DNA of 64,000 nt from a virus (lineage: Duplodnaviria > Heunggongvirae > Uroviricota > Caudoviricetes). The stretch lies in the IMG/VR virus record IMGVR_UViG_3300005683_000050, positions 21,669 through 85,668 of that record, one strand, 5' to 3'. Below are positions 1 to 9,351 of this stretch, in pieces. The notes under the pieces were generated by a model. It ran no database searches and was not told the DNA's origin. It saw only the letters and a program-made list of their open reading frames with translations. The stretch's first letter is position 1. Each line of letters begins with the position of its first letter. Both the position numbers and the translations under genes were made by a program.

Positions 1-33
1 AACGCAAGTTGAATAATCAAGTCCCCCACAACG

Positions 34-429
34 TTGTGGGGGATTGATGCTAATATGATGAAAACACAGATACACACCCTTTTGGTGGATGTAGCTTCGG
101 TGGCTGTTGTCAATCTTTATGGAGAGCAGTCTGTTATAGGTCTTTCAAAGGAAAGTTATTGCTCGGCAATTCGTATGAGCGAGTACTTTAACATCATATT
201 GGTATATGATGAATCAGACCTTAAGTCTACTGTTTTAGCGGACGCACTTCGCCCGTTCTGTAACCTTATTTTCCCGATGGGGTTGGTTGTCGAATCAAAA
301 AATACTGGAGAACATTTTTTTGGACTTGTTTCTCCAAAAGACAGCGGGGAGTTTATACCGTTCATTCACGAAAGAATGGAAAACGCGGAGGAGGAGTTGC
401 TTGAAGATGTCCAAGCAGAAATGCGCTAA
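34..429 (+). CDS. Hypothetical protein (true start may lie outside the window)
   Basis: 131-aa ORF with acidic C-terminus, overlapping the next gene. Confidence 0.55.
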   Translation: MWGIDANMMKTQIHTLLVDVASVAVVNLYGEQSVIGLSKESYCSAIRMSEYFNIILVYDESDLKSTVLADALRPFCNLIFPMGLVVESKNTGEHFFGLVSPKDSGEFIPFIHERMENAEEELLEDVQAEMR

Positions 430-736
430 AGGCTGCGGTAGGGACAGATATTCCAGCTCTGGATATTGCAAAGAGTGTCACGCCGAATACATGCAACAAT
501 ACCGCAGCGCACATAGAGAACATATCTTAAGTAGCAAGCGTGATTACATGAAGACACATCGCAATCTGAATACAAATGTGCGACTTAAAGAAGTTGTTTC
601 CGAACAGAGTGGACACTGTTTAACCTGCCAACGTAAGCGCGGTCTTGCGCTATATACGGACGGAAATGTATTATACGCACTTTGCAATAAATGTTTTTAT
701 GTGATTAGTAGGGTTAATCCGATTTTGCCAGTATAG
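407..736 (+). CDS. Cys-rich Zn-finger/HNH-like protein
   Basis: ATG at 407 after GGAGGAG; CxxxC, CxxC, CxxC and CxxC motifs. Confidence 0.6.
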   Translation: MSKQKCAKGCGRDRYSSSGYCKECHAEYMQQYRSAHREHILSSKRDYMKTHRNLNTNVRLKEVVSEQSGHCLTCQRKRGLALYTDGNVLYALCNKCFYVISRVNPILPV

Positions 737-774
737 GGTGTGGGATAGGGTTGGGATAATGTGGGATAATCAAA

Positions 775-1221
775 ATGACATACGATAGCAGGCAGGACAC
801 ATTGAAACACATACGTCTTGTTAGGTTTTACATTGAAAATTTCTGCGATGAAATGTATCGGCGCGGCGAGATGCACGACGCCTCAAAATTAGAAGAACCA
901 GAGAAAAGTGGGTTCGATAAAATTAGTCCCTTGTTGGACACTTACGCATTTGGCAGCCCAGAATATATGAGGACTGTGGAAGAGTCTGAGGATTTAATGA
1001 AACATCATTACTCCATGAACAGACACCATCCAGAACACTTTGAAAACGGAATTGATGGAATGACGTTGTTTGACTTGGTTGAGATGTACTGTGATTGGAA
1101 AGCAGCTGCGGAACGCAAAGGGGGAGACTTAGGTGGAAATTTACCTTACAGCGCAAAGAGATTTGGCATGTCGGAACAATTGTTTAATATCTTTGTGAAT
1201 ACCACAAATGTCAAGTCTTGA
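775..1221 (+). CDS. DUF5662-like HD-type protein
   Basis: HDASKL...HHYSMNRHHPEHF...DLVEMYCDW motif pattern recognised from this phage family. Confidence 0.75.
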   Translation: MTYDSRQDTLKHIRLVRFYIENFCDEMYRRGEMHDASKLEEPEKSGFDKISPLLDTYAFGSPEYMRTVEESEDLMKHHYSMNRHHPEHFENGIDGMTLFDLVEMYCDWKAAAERKGGDLGGNLPYSAKRFGMSEQLFNIFVNTTNVKS

Positions 1222-1257
1222 CATATGTGGTATAATAAGGTAGGAGAATTAATCAAT

Positions 1258-1983
1258 ATGGGAAGAGACACAACAGACATTGCTACGACAAAGCAACGCG
1301 CAGCAGAGGGACAACAAATCTTCGCAGCTATTGAAGATTGCGTTAACAACATTCAGCAAAATATCGTAATCTTTGGCAGGTTGGTATACTTGCTCATTGA
1401 GGATGCCGAACTACGCAAAGCGGCAGGTTGGGATAGTGAGGATGAAATGTTTGCCGACCCGCTAATTAAGCAGGGTTTTGAATATGTAATCTCACTGGAA
1501 AGCGAATGGCAAGTTTATCGCCTTAAGCGAATGTTGAAACTGGATGCCGCAATGCCAGAGGCGAATATCCTTGAAACTCAGGGATGGACTGGCATTACGC
1601 AAACATCCAAAATCGCAGAACTCGAATCTTTATCGGAAGAAAAAATTGATAAAGAGGAAAAGGCGTCTATTGCCGCTTCAATTATCTTGCGCCCCAATAA
1701 AAAAGAGGAAACGGAAGATATAAAGGCAATTCTGTTCGACACTGAAACAAACACTGTATTTGTGGATGGAATACCGACGATGCGTTTTACAACACAAGAC
1801 CAAGCGATAATTATTCGCACTCTCTCAAGACTGTTACATGTATCAGACAGCTTTGGTGTGAGTGGTAATAAATTGGTTTCGCGCGGCAAAGAATTAAAAG
1901 ACGTGGCAGAAATTTTGTCAACCGACAAAGAAATGTTCTTTTGGCTGACAAAAAGGTTGCGAGCTAGAAAAATTATACAATAA
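1258..1983 (+). CDS. Hypothetical protein
   Basis: Long ORF; ATG 1258 preceded by AGGAG. Confidence 0.75.
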   Translation: MGRDTTDIATTKQRAAEGQQIFAAIEDCVNNIQQNIVIFGRLVYLLIEDAELRKAAGWDSEDEMFADPLIKQGFEYVISLESEWQVYRLKRMLKLDAAMPEANILETQGWTGITQTSKIAELESLSEEKIDKEEKASIAASIILRPNKKEETEDIKAILFDTETNTVFVDGIPTMRFTTQDQAIIIRTLSRLLHVSDSFGVSGNKLVSRGKELKDVAEILSTDKEMFFWLTKRLRARKIIQ

Positions 1984-2009
1984 GCACAAATAAGTGCAAA
2001 GGAAAAAAC

Positions 2010-2420
2010 ATGAAAGCAAAAATAGTCCTAAGTGGCATCAATGAAAACGGATTGGATGTTGAACTGTCGTTAGAAGGGGACACTCCGCAAGAAGTGTTGA
2101 GTGCCATAGGATATAAAGGTGCGCTATCGGCATACATGGCAACAGTTAAAGCGAAACCAGTAAAGTCGTTCGGTGGATTTGGTGGAAATAAAAAACCAGA
2201 GACAGTCCATCTGCCAGAAGCACCAGTAAATGCCAATGGAGAAAAGTATATTCCAGTATCATATAACGGAAAAATCTTTTGGAGCTTGTCGAAATTCAAC
2301 AGAGATACTAATAAGTACGATAACGAGTATCCCCCAAAGGGTACTCCGCCTCCAACATTAGCACAGCTGGAAAAGTTTTACGAACTCAATCCTCATATTG
2401 CTGCAAAAGCAAAGAAATAG
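2010..2420 (+). CDS. Hypothetical protein
   Basis: 136-aa ORF; AAGGA upstream. Confidence 0.75.
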   Translation: MKAKIVLSGINENGLDVELSLEGDTPQEVLSAIGYKGALSAYMATVKAKPVKSFGGFGGNKKPETVHLPEAPVNANGEKYIPVSYNGKIFWSLSKFNRDTNKYDNEYPPKGTPPPTLAQLEKFYELNPHIAAKAKK

Positions 2421-2608
2421 CATTGGGGTGGGGGGCATGAAAAGTGTCCCCCTTTTTCAAAGATGATTATTCTGTGCTTATTTTTATTGTTGGCAATCGC
2501 GTCTTTTTTCTTTGGGGTTGTTTTTATCTCATACCTTACAGAGAGATTTCACCGAGAGTCATTTTCTCAGTATACAATGGAATTCATCAAGGATATATTT
2601 CACTCGCT

Positions 2609-3118
2609 ATGGGGATAGATGTTCGAGCAAGACAGTATGTCTTGGCAGACGCTCGCGACGAGAAAATAAATCACTATTGCGTTATGTGTCTGTGCGGTTT
2701 TCCGCGCGGCACGCGCATCGGTACTGAGCATCACGAAATCATATCAAAAGCAAAACTGCGTGGCGAATCTAATATCTATAAGTTATACGCTCTGCCAAAT
2801 ATAGCTAGAGCGTGTAATTACCATCACCATCACTTTCAATACTTACCTGTAATATGGATGCGTTGTATGGTAAAGTTGGGTCTGGCGGTGGTGTCGGATT
2901 ATGAATCAGACCCGAATTGGGAGTCGTTCTACCCTCCGTTTGACTGTATTGGAGATTTCGGGAGAGGAAATGATTATTACAAGGACGGAGTACCGTCTAC
3001 AATTGTAATGGGAATCTCTGGAAGTGGGAATTCGACCAGCGACTTTTGTGGAAAAATATGCCCTACTTGGGAAACCTGCATTCGTGAAGCGAGAAAAAAA
3101 TTCCTGTCCAACACCTAG
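2609..3118 (+). CDS. HNH-like endonuclease domain protein
   Basis: CVMC...EHHEIISK...NIARACNYHHH pattern; start moved to ATG 2609. Confidence 0.55.
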   Translation: MGIDVRARQYVLADARDEKINHYCVMCLCGFPRGTRIGTEHHEIISKAKLRGESNIYKLYALPNIARACNYHHHHFQYLPVIWMRCMVKLGLAVVSDYESDPNWESFYPPFDCIGDFGRGNDYYKDGVPSTIVMGISGSGNSTSDFCGKICPTWETCIREARKKFLSNT

Positions 3119-3122
3119 AGAT

Positions 3123-3176
3123 TCGACCACGACATTTTCGACCACGACATTTTCGACCACGACATTTTCGACCACG
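3123..3176 (+). repeat. Tandem 15-bp repeat x4 (TTTTCGACCACGACA), member of the TTCGACCACG family
   Basis: Read directly from sequence. Confidence 0.95.
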
Positions 3177-3177
3177 A

Positions 3178-3218
3178 GAAAACAAAAAAGAGACCTAAAA
3201 ATTGGTCTCTTTTTTGTT
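3178..3218. terminator. Bidirectional intrinsic terminator
   Basis: AAAAAAGAGACC-loop-GGTCTCTTTTTT between converging units. Confidence 0.85.
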
Positions 3219-3330
3219 TGGTCTTACAGAGACAGTAAGACCCCATGCTACCACAACCGTGTTGCGTCTCGGCGGCACGGAGGATACCGCGATAGCTTTT
3301 CAAAGAAGGGGGTTGCAATTGCAATCTATG
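3180..3330 (-). ncRNA. Putative ~145-nt structured sRNA
   Basis: Minus-strand TTGACA-17-TATAAT at ~3364-3336; stems GCTATCGCGG/TTGTGGTAGC, CCGTG/CACGG, GGTCTTAC/GTAAGACC; ends at the terminator. Confidence 0.5.
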
Positions 3331-3360
3331 CTGTCATTATACCATAAAAACCAAATTATG

Positions 3361-3750
3361 TCAAGCTGCGTCGAGTTCCATTAGAATTTTTGGGTATTTG
3401 CTTGGCAGTCTGCGATACGACGCAATTACCTTTGTTGTTCTTGGTACAACGATTACGTAGTGTCCAGTTTTTGCGTGATAGTAATCTTCCATGCCCTTGT
3501 ACACGTAGCGCATATTGTAATATGGGTGTTCCAAGTGAAAACCACCGCGCGGTTTACCGCGATACCAATAGCTGTATGTATAAAAACACATCTCTAATTT
3601 CGCCAAGATAACTTGTCTAATCTGATTCATTCCGCCAGTGACGATAAAATCGTCTGTCGGAGTGTGAACCCATACAGTGGCAAATGGGTCGGCTCGTTTG
3701 AAGCTACCGATTGCATTATAGGGCAAATCAATCTTTGTGAGTTTGTTCAT
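3361..3750 (-). CDS. Hypothetical protein
   Basis: 129-aa ORF; its TGA forms part of the downstream TTGACA. Confidence 0.75.
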   Translation of the reverse strand: MNKLTKIDLPYNAIGSFKRADPFATVWVHTPTDDFIVTGGMNQIRQVILAKLEMCFYTYSYWYRGKPRGGFHLEHPYYNMRYVYKGMEDYYHAKTGHYVIVVPRTTKVIASYRRLPSKYPKILMELDAA

Positions 3751-3975
3751 TTTTGTTTTCTTTCACTCGCCTGACTTTGAGCTATCCATGGATGGTCTGC
3801 CGCGTCTTTTCTGTGTCTTTAGGGTAGGAGTATATTCCTACAGAAGACCTGACCGCAACGCGCTTTAGTCAGGCGAGTGAAAGACTGTCGGCAGATATGG
3901 CTTTAGATTTTTAGTGTGCCATGTACTGCCGCAGCTGCGACATTTAAGATAATTAGTTTGTGTCGCGTCTTTAAC
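3751..3975 (-). promoter_or_regulatory. Structured 5' leader (17-bp perfect inverted repeat, possible pseudoknot)
   Basis: 3760-3776 is the reverse complement of 3867-3883; promoter TTGACA-17-TACAAT lies in the 3' end of the methylase gene. Confidence 0.55.
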
Positions 3976-3986
3976 TACATTGTATC

Positions 3987-4604
3987 TCAAATCTTCTTTT
4001 TTGTCAAGCCCTTTTTGTTTCTGAATACCATCCAGTAGCAGTGGTATTTTCTGGCGTGTTTTTGCTTCAGGCTGCTATTGTAAATTCTGCCGCCAGTATA
4101 ATTAAGGATAAAAATATCCTCTGGAACAAGACCGCATTCCATAGCCCAATTGTGTACGTAGCAATGCGTCAGTGTGGTTCGGCTGTCAGTGTAGTCCTGA
4201 CACTTGAACGCCAAGATTCCACCACGCACCAGAACGCGCTCAAATTCTCTCAGCGCGGAGCGATACGTATATTCCAGCTCGGCAAAGTCATTGAACATGG
4301 TAAACCGCTTTGCCATGCGGTTTTCAAGTGTTTTGCCGTGAACGCCGAACATAAACGGAGGGTCAAAAATTACAGAGCTCACCGAATTGTCTGCTAGGGG
4401 CAATCCAAAGCGAATGTCGTTTTGGATGACGCCTTCGGCCATCGGGGTTTTATCCATACGGATTTTTGGCAACGAAAGCCCCTTGTAGAATTTTCCATGC
4501 GAGAAACACGGGTCTAGTTCAAACCAATCTCCGTCCAAGTACAGCGCAGAAATTGCTTTCATTATTTCCGCATCTGTATCCATAACGCTCTTTATCGCTG
4601 GCAT
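3987..4604 (-). CDS. DNA methyltransferase (amino-methylase, DPPF motif)
   Basis: LDPCFSHGKFY SAM-binding-like motif, SVIFDPPF catalytic motif, KCQD. Confidence 0.8.
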   Translation of the reverse strand: MPAIKSVMDTDAEIMKAISALYLDGDWFELDPCFSHGKFYKGLSLPKIRMDKTPMAEGVIQNDIRFGLPLADNSVSSVIFDPPFMFGVHGKTLENRMAKRFTMFNDFAELEYTYRSALREFERVLVRGGILAFKCQDYTDSRTTLTHCYVHNWAMECGLVPEDIFILNYTGGRIYNSSLKQKHARKYHCYWMVFRNKKGLTKKKI

Positions 4605-4707
4605 TCTACCCCCAGATTTTCTTGGCGACTTCCTCAATCACATAGGAAATAAGGATTAAGGTTGGAAATCCGATAATGTAAATAAAGTCAGACATGGAGC
4701 CTCCTGT

Positions 4708-5268
4708 TCAAAAATCCATCTGTACCGTCTCTAGCTTATCGAGACAGATAAACGTTGTGTTTCCAATACTCTCACGCATGGACTTGTGGTGGTGTCCAAA
4801 GACCCAAAATTTCGGACTCGCTTTGTTGTACATCAACTCAAGTCCCCACCGAGTCAAACTTTTATGCGTAATCCCGAAAAATTGTTCCGCAACAAACTGA
4901 GGGCAATCGTGCGAGACAACAATTTGCGCGCCGTGATAACTTTCGACCACGACATCCCACTGCGACCACGAGAGTTCTTCGTCTGCCCACCAGTCAATCC
5001 CAATGGTGCGGTACTTGGCATCAACGGAGTCTGCGCCACTCACAAAAAACAAACGCTCATCCATCGCGTACCCGAAATCGCCCAAGTATTCTGGCATTTT
5101 TCGACACAAGCTCGGGTTGTCGTGATTCCCGCGAATGAATCGAAAATTGTCTGGCAGGTTTTTGCAACTGGCAAACCCAACGCCCAAATCGCCAACCTGA
5201 ATCGTGTTGATTCCACAATTCGGTATTTGGGCTATCTTTCCGTGAACATCACCCAGAAATTGTATCAT
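4708..5268 (-). CDS. Calcineurin-like metallophosphoesterase
   Basis: GDVHG, GDLG, GNHD, SHDCP and GHHH motifs. Confidence 0.9.
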   Translation of the reverse strand: MIQFLGDVHGKIAQIPNCGINTIQVGDLGVGFASCKNLPDNFRFIRGNHDNPSLCRKMPEYLGDFGYAMDERLFFVSGADSVDAKYRTIGIDWWADEELSWSQWDVVVESYHGAQIVVSHDCPQFVAEQFFGITHKSLTRWGLELMYNKASPKFWVFGHHHKSMRESIGNTTFICLDKLETVQMDF

Positions 5269-5299
5269 GGCTTAATTGTAAATCAAATCCGTTGTTTTG

Positions 5300-5686
5300 T
5301 CAATATCCATACTGTAGGGCATAGGATTGCACTTCCTCTGCGCCAAAGAAATTCTCAAGTCCGCCTTGCGAAATTTCATTGACTATAGTTTCGTGCCATC
5401 CAAACACAGGAGCATAATCCGTCATCAGATTACCTCCTATATGCTCAAGGTGAATGACCCACGCCAGCTCGGTTAGTGTTGGACGATTCTTTTCAAAGAC
5501 CTTTAAGGCGAGCATCATTTGTACTTTAATTTCTAAATAACGCTCGATTGCTGAATCACTTAGGTATTCAGCAATGTTTTCATGCTCGTTCAACCACAAC
5601 TCAATGCATCTGCGAGCTGCGTCTGCAAAATCAACGAGAGATTTTTTTGTTGAATTTTTCATTTTGCTTTTTGACGCGCGCGGCAT
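5300..5686 (-). CDS. Hypothetical protein
   Basis: 128-aa ORF in the minus-strand cluster. Confidence 0.7.
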   Translation of the reverse strand: MPRASKSKMKNSTKKSLVDFADAARRCIELWLNEHENIAEYLSDSAIERYLEIKVQMMLALKVFEKNRPTLTELAWVIHLEHIGGNLMTDYAPVFGWHETIVNEISQGGLENFFGAEEVQSYALQYGY

Positions 5687-5826
5687 GACGTGCGTGTTTG
5701 CGGCTCATCGGTTTTTTTCCAGCGGTATGTTTCGACTTTGCAACAAGTCCCATCAGTTCCAGAATGGTCTTGTGTGTACCGTATTTCTTTGCCGCTTTTT
5801 GAATAGATTTGTTCTTGCCTTTCACT

Positions 5827-6036
5827 TTATGTTCCTTTTTCTTGCCACGTTTTAGTAATGGCACTGAATATGATTTCTTCGCAATGCTGTTTCATCGCGT
5901 CGTTTGAGGGTGTACCGAAATACCCAAACACGTAACTATTGTATCCGAGTAACTCGAAGTCCTCTGTTACCATCTGCTCGACTTGTAGACGCCCAGAAAA
6001 AATACTGAGAGCGAGGCGTAATCTCTTTTCTTCCAT
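5827..6036 (-). CDS. Hypothetical protein
   Basis: 69-aa ORF; AAGGAG upstream. Confidence 0.6.
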   Translation of the reverse strand: MEEKRLRLALSIFSGRLQVEQMVTEDFELLGYNSYVFGYFGTPSNDAMKQHCEEIIFSAITKTWQEKGT

Positions 6037-6046
6037 TGTTACTCCC

Positions 6047-6259
6047 TTACATCTTGCTGTTGCCGATTTGACGCATCACGACAATTGCGGTCTTTTTGTT
6101 TTTCAGCGCGAACCGACCTTGCTTTTCGCCATCCCACGCATGGAATTTCGCCTGCTCTGCTTTCGCGAGCATTTTGGCGAATTGGGAACGGGTATAAATG
6201 TGGCAAAGACGTTCTCCATCTGCCGAAATCAAAATCACAAGTTTAGTAAATTTGCTCAT
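6047..6259 (-). CDS. Hypothetical protein
   Basis: 70-aa ORF downstream of a minus-strand sigma70-like promoter near 6300. Confidence 0.6.
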   Translation of the reverse strand: MSKFTKLVILISADGERLCHIYTRSQFAKMLAKAEQAKFHAWDGEKQGRFALKNKKTAIVVMRQIGNSKM

Positions 6260-6317
6260 ATCGCCTCCGATATATGAATCATATCACGTATCTTGTTTTT
6301 TGTCAATAGGTAAAAGA

Positions 6318-6897
6318 AATCCCCCTAAAAATGGGGGATAATAAGTCCGAGATTTATATCGCACAATCGTCTGGGTACTTGAAATTTCGCCAGAGTTTGC
6401 AGTCCTGTTTCTCCTACTTGGAAAATTTTTACGCAATATCTTTTTTTAGAGTCTGTCTTTTGGTTTGGATTGGTTCGCCGTAGCGACTGCGCCCGTCCGA
6501 CGCCCAAAGCGTCTGCCAACTGCGTTGCGTAATCGCGCTTGACCTATAGCGTTCGCATATTCGGGTCATTAACTTTTGCCGCTATCCGTTGGTTTGTCTT
6601 GAATACTGTCTACATAGACACCCTCAGTCGGTCTTGTATAACAGTTTGTCGGGTCTGAATATGGCAAGCTCTACGCCTTGCCTACTTTATTCAGTTGATT
6701 ACTGTACGCTCTCCAAAGAGCAATCCCGTTTGACCTGAGATTTACATGGTTCGCTACAGCTACGCGGTAGGTACTACAAGTAGGTATCTCTCGACTCTCG
6801 GTTAGTCAAATTCTGACCGACAAGGCAAGGGACTTACCCTGTCTATTTGCGCTTGAAACCGTTAAGGTCAACAATCTTCCTGTTAAAGTTGATTTGA
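6318..6897 (-). ncRNA. Putative large (~580 nt) non-coding RNA
   Basis: Perfect TTGACA-17-TATAAT promoter at ~6933-6905; no credible ORF; several hairpins; ends at ATCCCCC/GGGGGAT hairpin. Confidence 0.5.
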
Positions 6898-7298
6898 TTG
6901 TCCTTATTATATTAGACAATCCTATTTTTGTCAAGATGGGCAGAGGGTTTACTTTATTGGGAGGTTTTTAAGGTTAACCCATTCAACCCCCCCTGCCCAC
7001 TATCACTATACATCAATCTGAGACTTTTGTCAAGCACCCGCCCTCAATGGGAGTGTAAGTTGCCGCATACTCAAATACATCAAAGCTGGCGACCTTTCCA
7101 CAAGTTTTGCAAGTCGCCCAGTAGCGAAATCCATATCCGTCGTTTTCTGAATGCAATGGCTTGTGCTTGAAATTTCCAAGAGCGTGACCGCATATCTCTG
7201 AGAATAACCTAATCTCTCTGCGGTCTTTTATGGTATTCGACTTCGAGCTCAGTGGAAAATTGCGGTATCTTTTTTTCATTTTTATGTACTTTCGACCA

Positions 7299-7598
7299 CT
7301 AGGTTTCGATACGCCCATCTACGACTTTGACGTATTTATCAAACGCTCCGCGCATCCACATGCGACCCACTGGGTTTTGAGTGTGCAAAACAATCTCTTT
7401 AATACCGAGCATATTACCGTTGAAGAAATTCTCTTCCAGAAACAAAACAAACCACCGCACGTCCTGTTGACCTAAATCATGGTCAAGATACAGCGTGTCA
7501 TAACGCCCAGTCGCAGCTTCAAACATGGCGTCTTCGACATTCCGTACAATAGTGCAGGAAAAGTTTGGTGTTCTTTCGTCGTCAACAAAGAGAATCAT
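7299..7598 (-). CDS. Cyclic-phosphate-processing receiver (REC-like) domain protein
   Basis: ILFVDDERTP...VRN...LYLDHDLG...IVLHTQNPVGR motif pattern. Confidence 0.8.
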   Translation of the reverse strand: MILFVDDERTPNFSCTIVRNVEDAMFEAATGRYDTLYLDHDLGQQDVRWFVLFLEENFFNGNMLGIKEIVLHTQNPVGRMWMRGAFDKYVKVVDGRIET

Positions 7599-7629
7599 GC
7601 TCTAATTGTAAATCATGTTTGGAATTTTG

Positions 7630-7992
7630 TCAAGTGATTGGAAATTTTGTATTGCACACTTTTGGAACATGGTCTCCGAGAGCATTACGCGCCCATTCTG
7701 TGATACCGTACTGTTGCGACGCCCAGTCTATCGCCGCATTCGCGCGGGACATCTTGCTGTTTCCGTAAAACGTTTTCTTGTTATGGTTAGTCCAATGGGA
7801 ATCTGGGTCTGTGGCAAAGTATACCCCAACTACTTGTGCGCGCGGCGGGTATCCTATAGATTTTGGCAAATGCGTAATATAGACCGCTTGCTGCCTTTTC
7901 AGCAGTCCAGCCTTGACAGTCATTGTGACTTGTTGGTGAGTGTTCATTTTTGTATTGTGTTTTCCAGGCGAGACTTGGCGGAATTTAGCCAT
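7630..7992 (-). CDS. Hypothetical protein
   Basis: 120-aa ORF in the operon. Confidence 0.6.
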   Translation of the reverse strand: MAKFRQVSPGKHNTKMNTHQQVTMTVKAGLLKRQQAVYITHLPKSIGYPPRAQVVGVYFATDPDSHWTNHNKKTFYGNSKMSRANAAIDWASQQYGITEWARNALGDHVPKVCNTKFPIT

Positions 7993-8175
7993 GCAATCTG
8001 GTCTCTGCTTAACTCGCCGCTTTCTGGTAAGTTTCTCAATAATCCTACCAGTATCGCAATTGTGTCGTTGTGGTAATTCGAGAATCCATATCCTATGAAA
8101 TCTCTGTCTGAATACCCGCGCGGCATCGGTTTCGGATGAAATCGGACTGCCTCAATCAATAGTAACTCTACTTCT

Positions 8176-8433
8176 TCACGCATGGTCTTCATCTATTATC
8201 AAGTATCCGCAATGTTCGCAAGAAATGTGAACATTTGTTCCGCTATGGGCATAGGATACAAATGGAGATAGTGTCCCTTGCTCATAAGACGCCTTTAAGC
8301 AGTCTGGGCAATGCAACTGCCCACATTTTGGACAACTCATGTTTTCTGTTGGCTCTATCTTAAACTTTGTGCGACACACCTTGCACGTACACTGACGAGC
8401 GCGTGGCATTCCGTATGCGTCGTATTTATACAT
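8176..8433 (-). CDS. Multi-Zn-ribbon protein
   Basis: CKVC, CPKC, CPDC and CEHC pairs. Confidence 0.65.
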   Translation of the reverse strand: MYKYDAYGMPRARQCTCKVCRTKFKIEPTENMSCPKCGQLHCPDCLKASYEQGTLSPFVSYAHSGTNVHISCEHCGYLIIDEDHA

Positions 8434-8875
8434 CGTTAAGGTAGTCGCGTGCGTCAGTGTACTTCTTCTTCCGCTTGAGTAACGCGGCGTCTGACGGACG
8501 TTCCAGTAAGTCCATGTCGGTTTTGTTTAGGTTGCATTCAATGTCGGCTTTTTTGACCGCAAGCGCATCAACATCTCCGCTTTTCGCAATGCGTTCCAGA
8601 TAGTCGTTGTAGGATTCTCCGTCGCGGCGAGTAAGGGTATCTACAGACTTTGCAATCGCGTCTCCAAACATCAAAGCAATGAGCGATATGTCTTTGTCTG
8701 TGTCTTCAAGTACATCGTGCAGCCATGCAACGCTCTGTGTTTGCGCGCCGTATCCCCGTGCTGACAACAGCCACGCGACTTCTGCAAGGTGAATCGCATA
8801 GGGGTACTCGCCGTACTTCTGTGTTGTATGCGCGGCAATGGCAAAATAGACTGCATCAGCTAGATTGGATTCCAT
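8426..8875 (-). CDS. RelA/SpoT-type HD-domain hydrolase (small alarmone hydrolase-like)
   Basis: FAIAAHTTQKYGEYPYAIHLAEV...AWLHDVLEDT...VKKADIECNL. Confidence 0.8.
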   Translation of the reverse strand: MESNLADAVYFAIAAHTTQKYGEYPYAIHLAEVAWLLSARGYGAQTQSVAWLHDVLEDTDKDISLIALMFGDAIAKSVDTLTRRDGESYNDYLERIAKSGDVDALAVKKADIECNLNKTDMDLLERPSDAALLKRKKKYTDARDYLNDV

Positions 8876-9086
8876 ATTCACTCCTGAAATCATTTTCCAA
8901 CCTTTTAATTTCTAATTCGTATCTCTCTGCGAGCTCGTAGTCGCCACGTCTGGTCGCCTTTTCTTTTTTGAGCTTCGCCAACTTAATTTTTTCGATAATG
9001 TCTTGCTCGTTGTGTTTTTCGTCCACTTTCTGACTCTCGCATATAGTACAAGGCGTCCGCCAAATCCTTGTTTCTAACTCGCCCAC
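8856..9086 (-). CDS. Small protein with UVR (UvrB/C)-like coiled-coil motif
   Basis: KEKATRRGDYELAERYELEIKRLE; start uncertain. Confidence 0.45.
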   Translation of the reverse strand: MGELETRIWRTPCTICESQKVDEKHNEQDIIEKIKLAKLKKEKATRRGDYELAERYELEIKRLENDFRSEYGIQSS

Positions 9087-9342
9087 TTACAGGCAACCAC
9101 AATCGGAAAACGATAATCCCTGGAATAGAAACGAATATCTCTCGCTCGTTTGTGCCTGCGCCTCTCATCTCAAAGTGTCCACCATTCGCAGACTCCGCAC
9201 GAAATCTCTCTATGAGACGAGTAATCATTTTTTGCGAATCTTCTAACGAAACGAGATTCAATTCGTTACACTCGCCAACGTCAATCGAAAAATGGGATTT
9301 GTGATTAGTTTCTGTTAGGCCGCCGCAATCACATAAAAACAT
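8983..9342 (-). CDS. Hypothetical protein, paralog of 9352-9663
   Basis: N-terminal CDCG and C-terminal LPVSGR..N.DL shared with neighbour. Confidence 0.7.
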   Translation of the reverse strand: MFLCDCGGLTETNHKSHFSIDVGECNELNLVSLEDSQKMITRLIERFRAESANGGHFEMRGAGTNEREIFVSIPGIIVFRLWLPVSGRVRNKDLADALYYMRESESGRKTQRARHYRKN

Positions 9343-9351
9343 AATTCTCCT

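Noticed and set aside
2906-3324. ORFs encoding VVEN/SWSK/STTT repeats here and similar ones at 26424-26806, 34580-34942, 39444-39997, 43145-43601
   Set aside because: They are translations of the TTCGACCACG DNA repeats, without SD or promoter support
4943-4970. TTCGACCACG-like copies inside the phosphoesterase gene
   Set aside because: Within coding sequence (WSQWDVVVES) and irregular; probably coincidental
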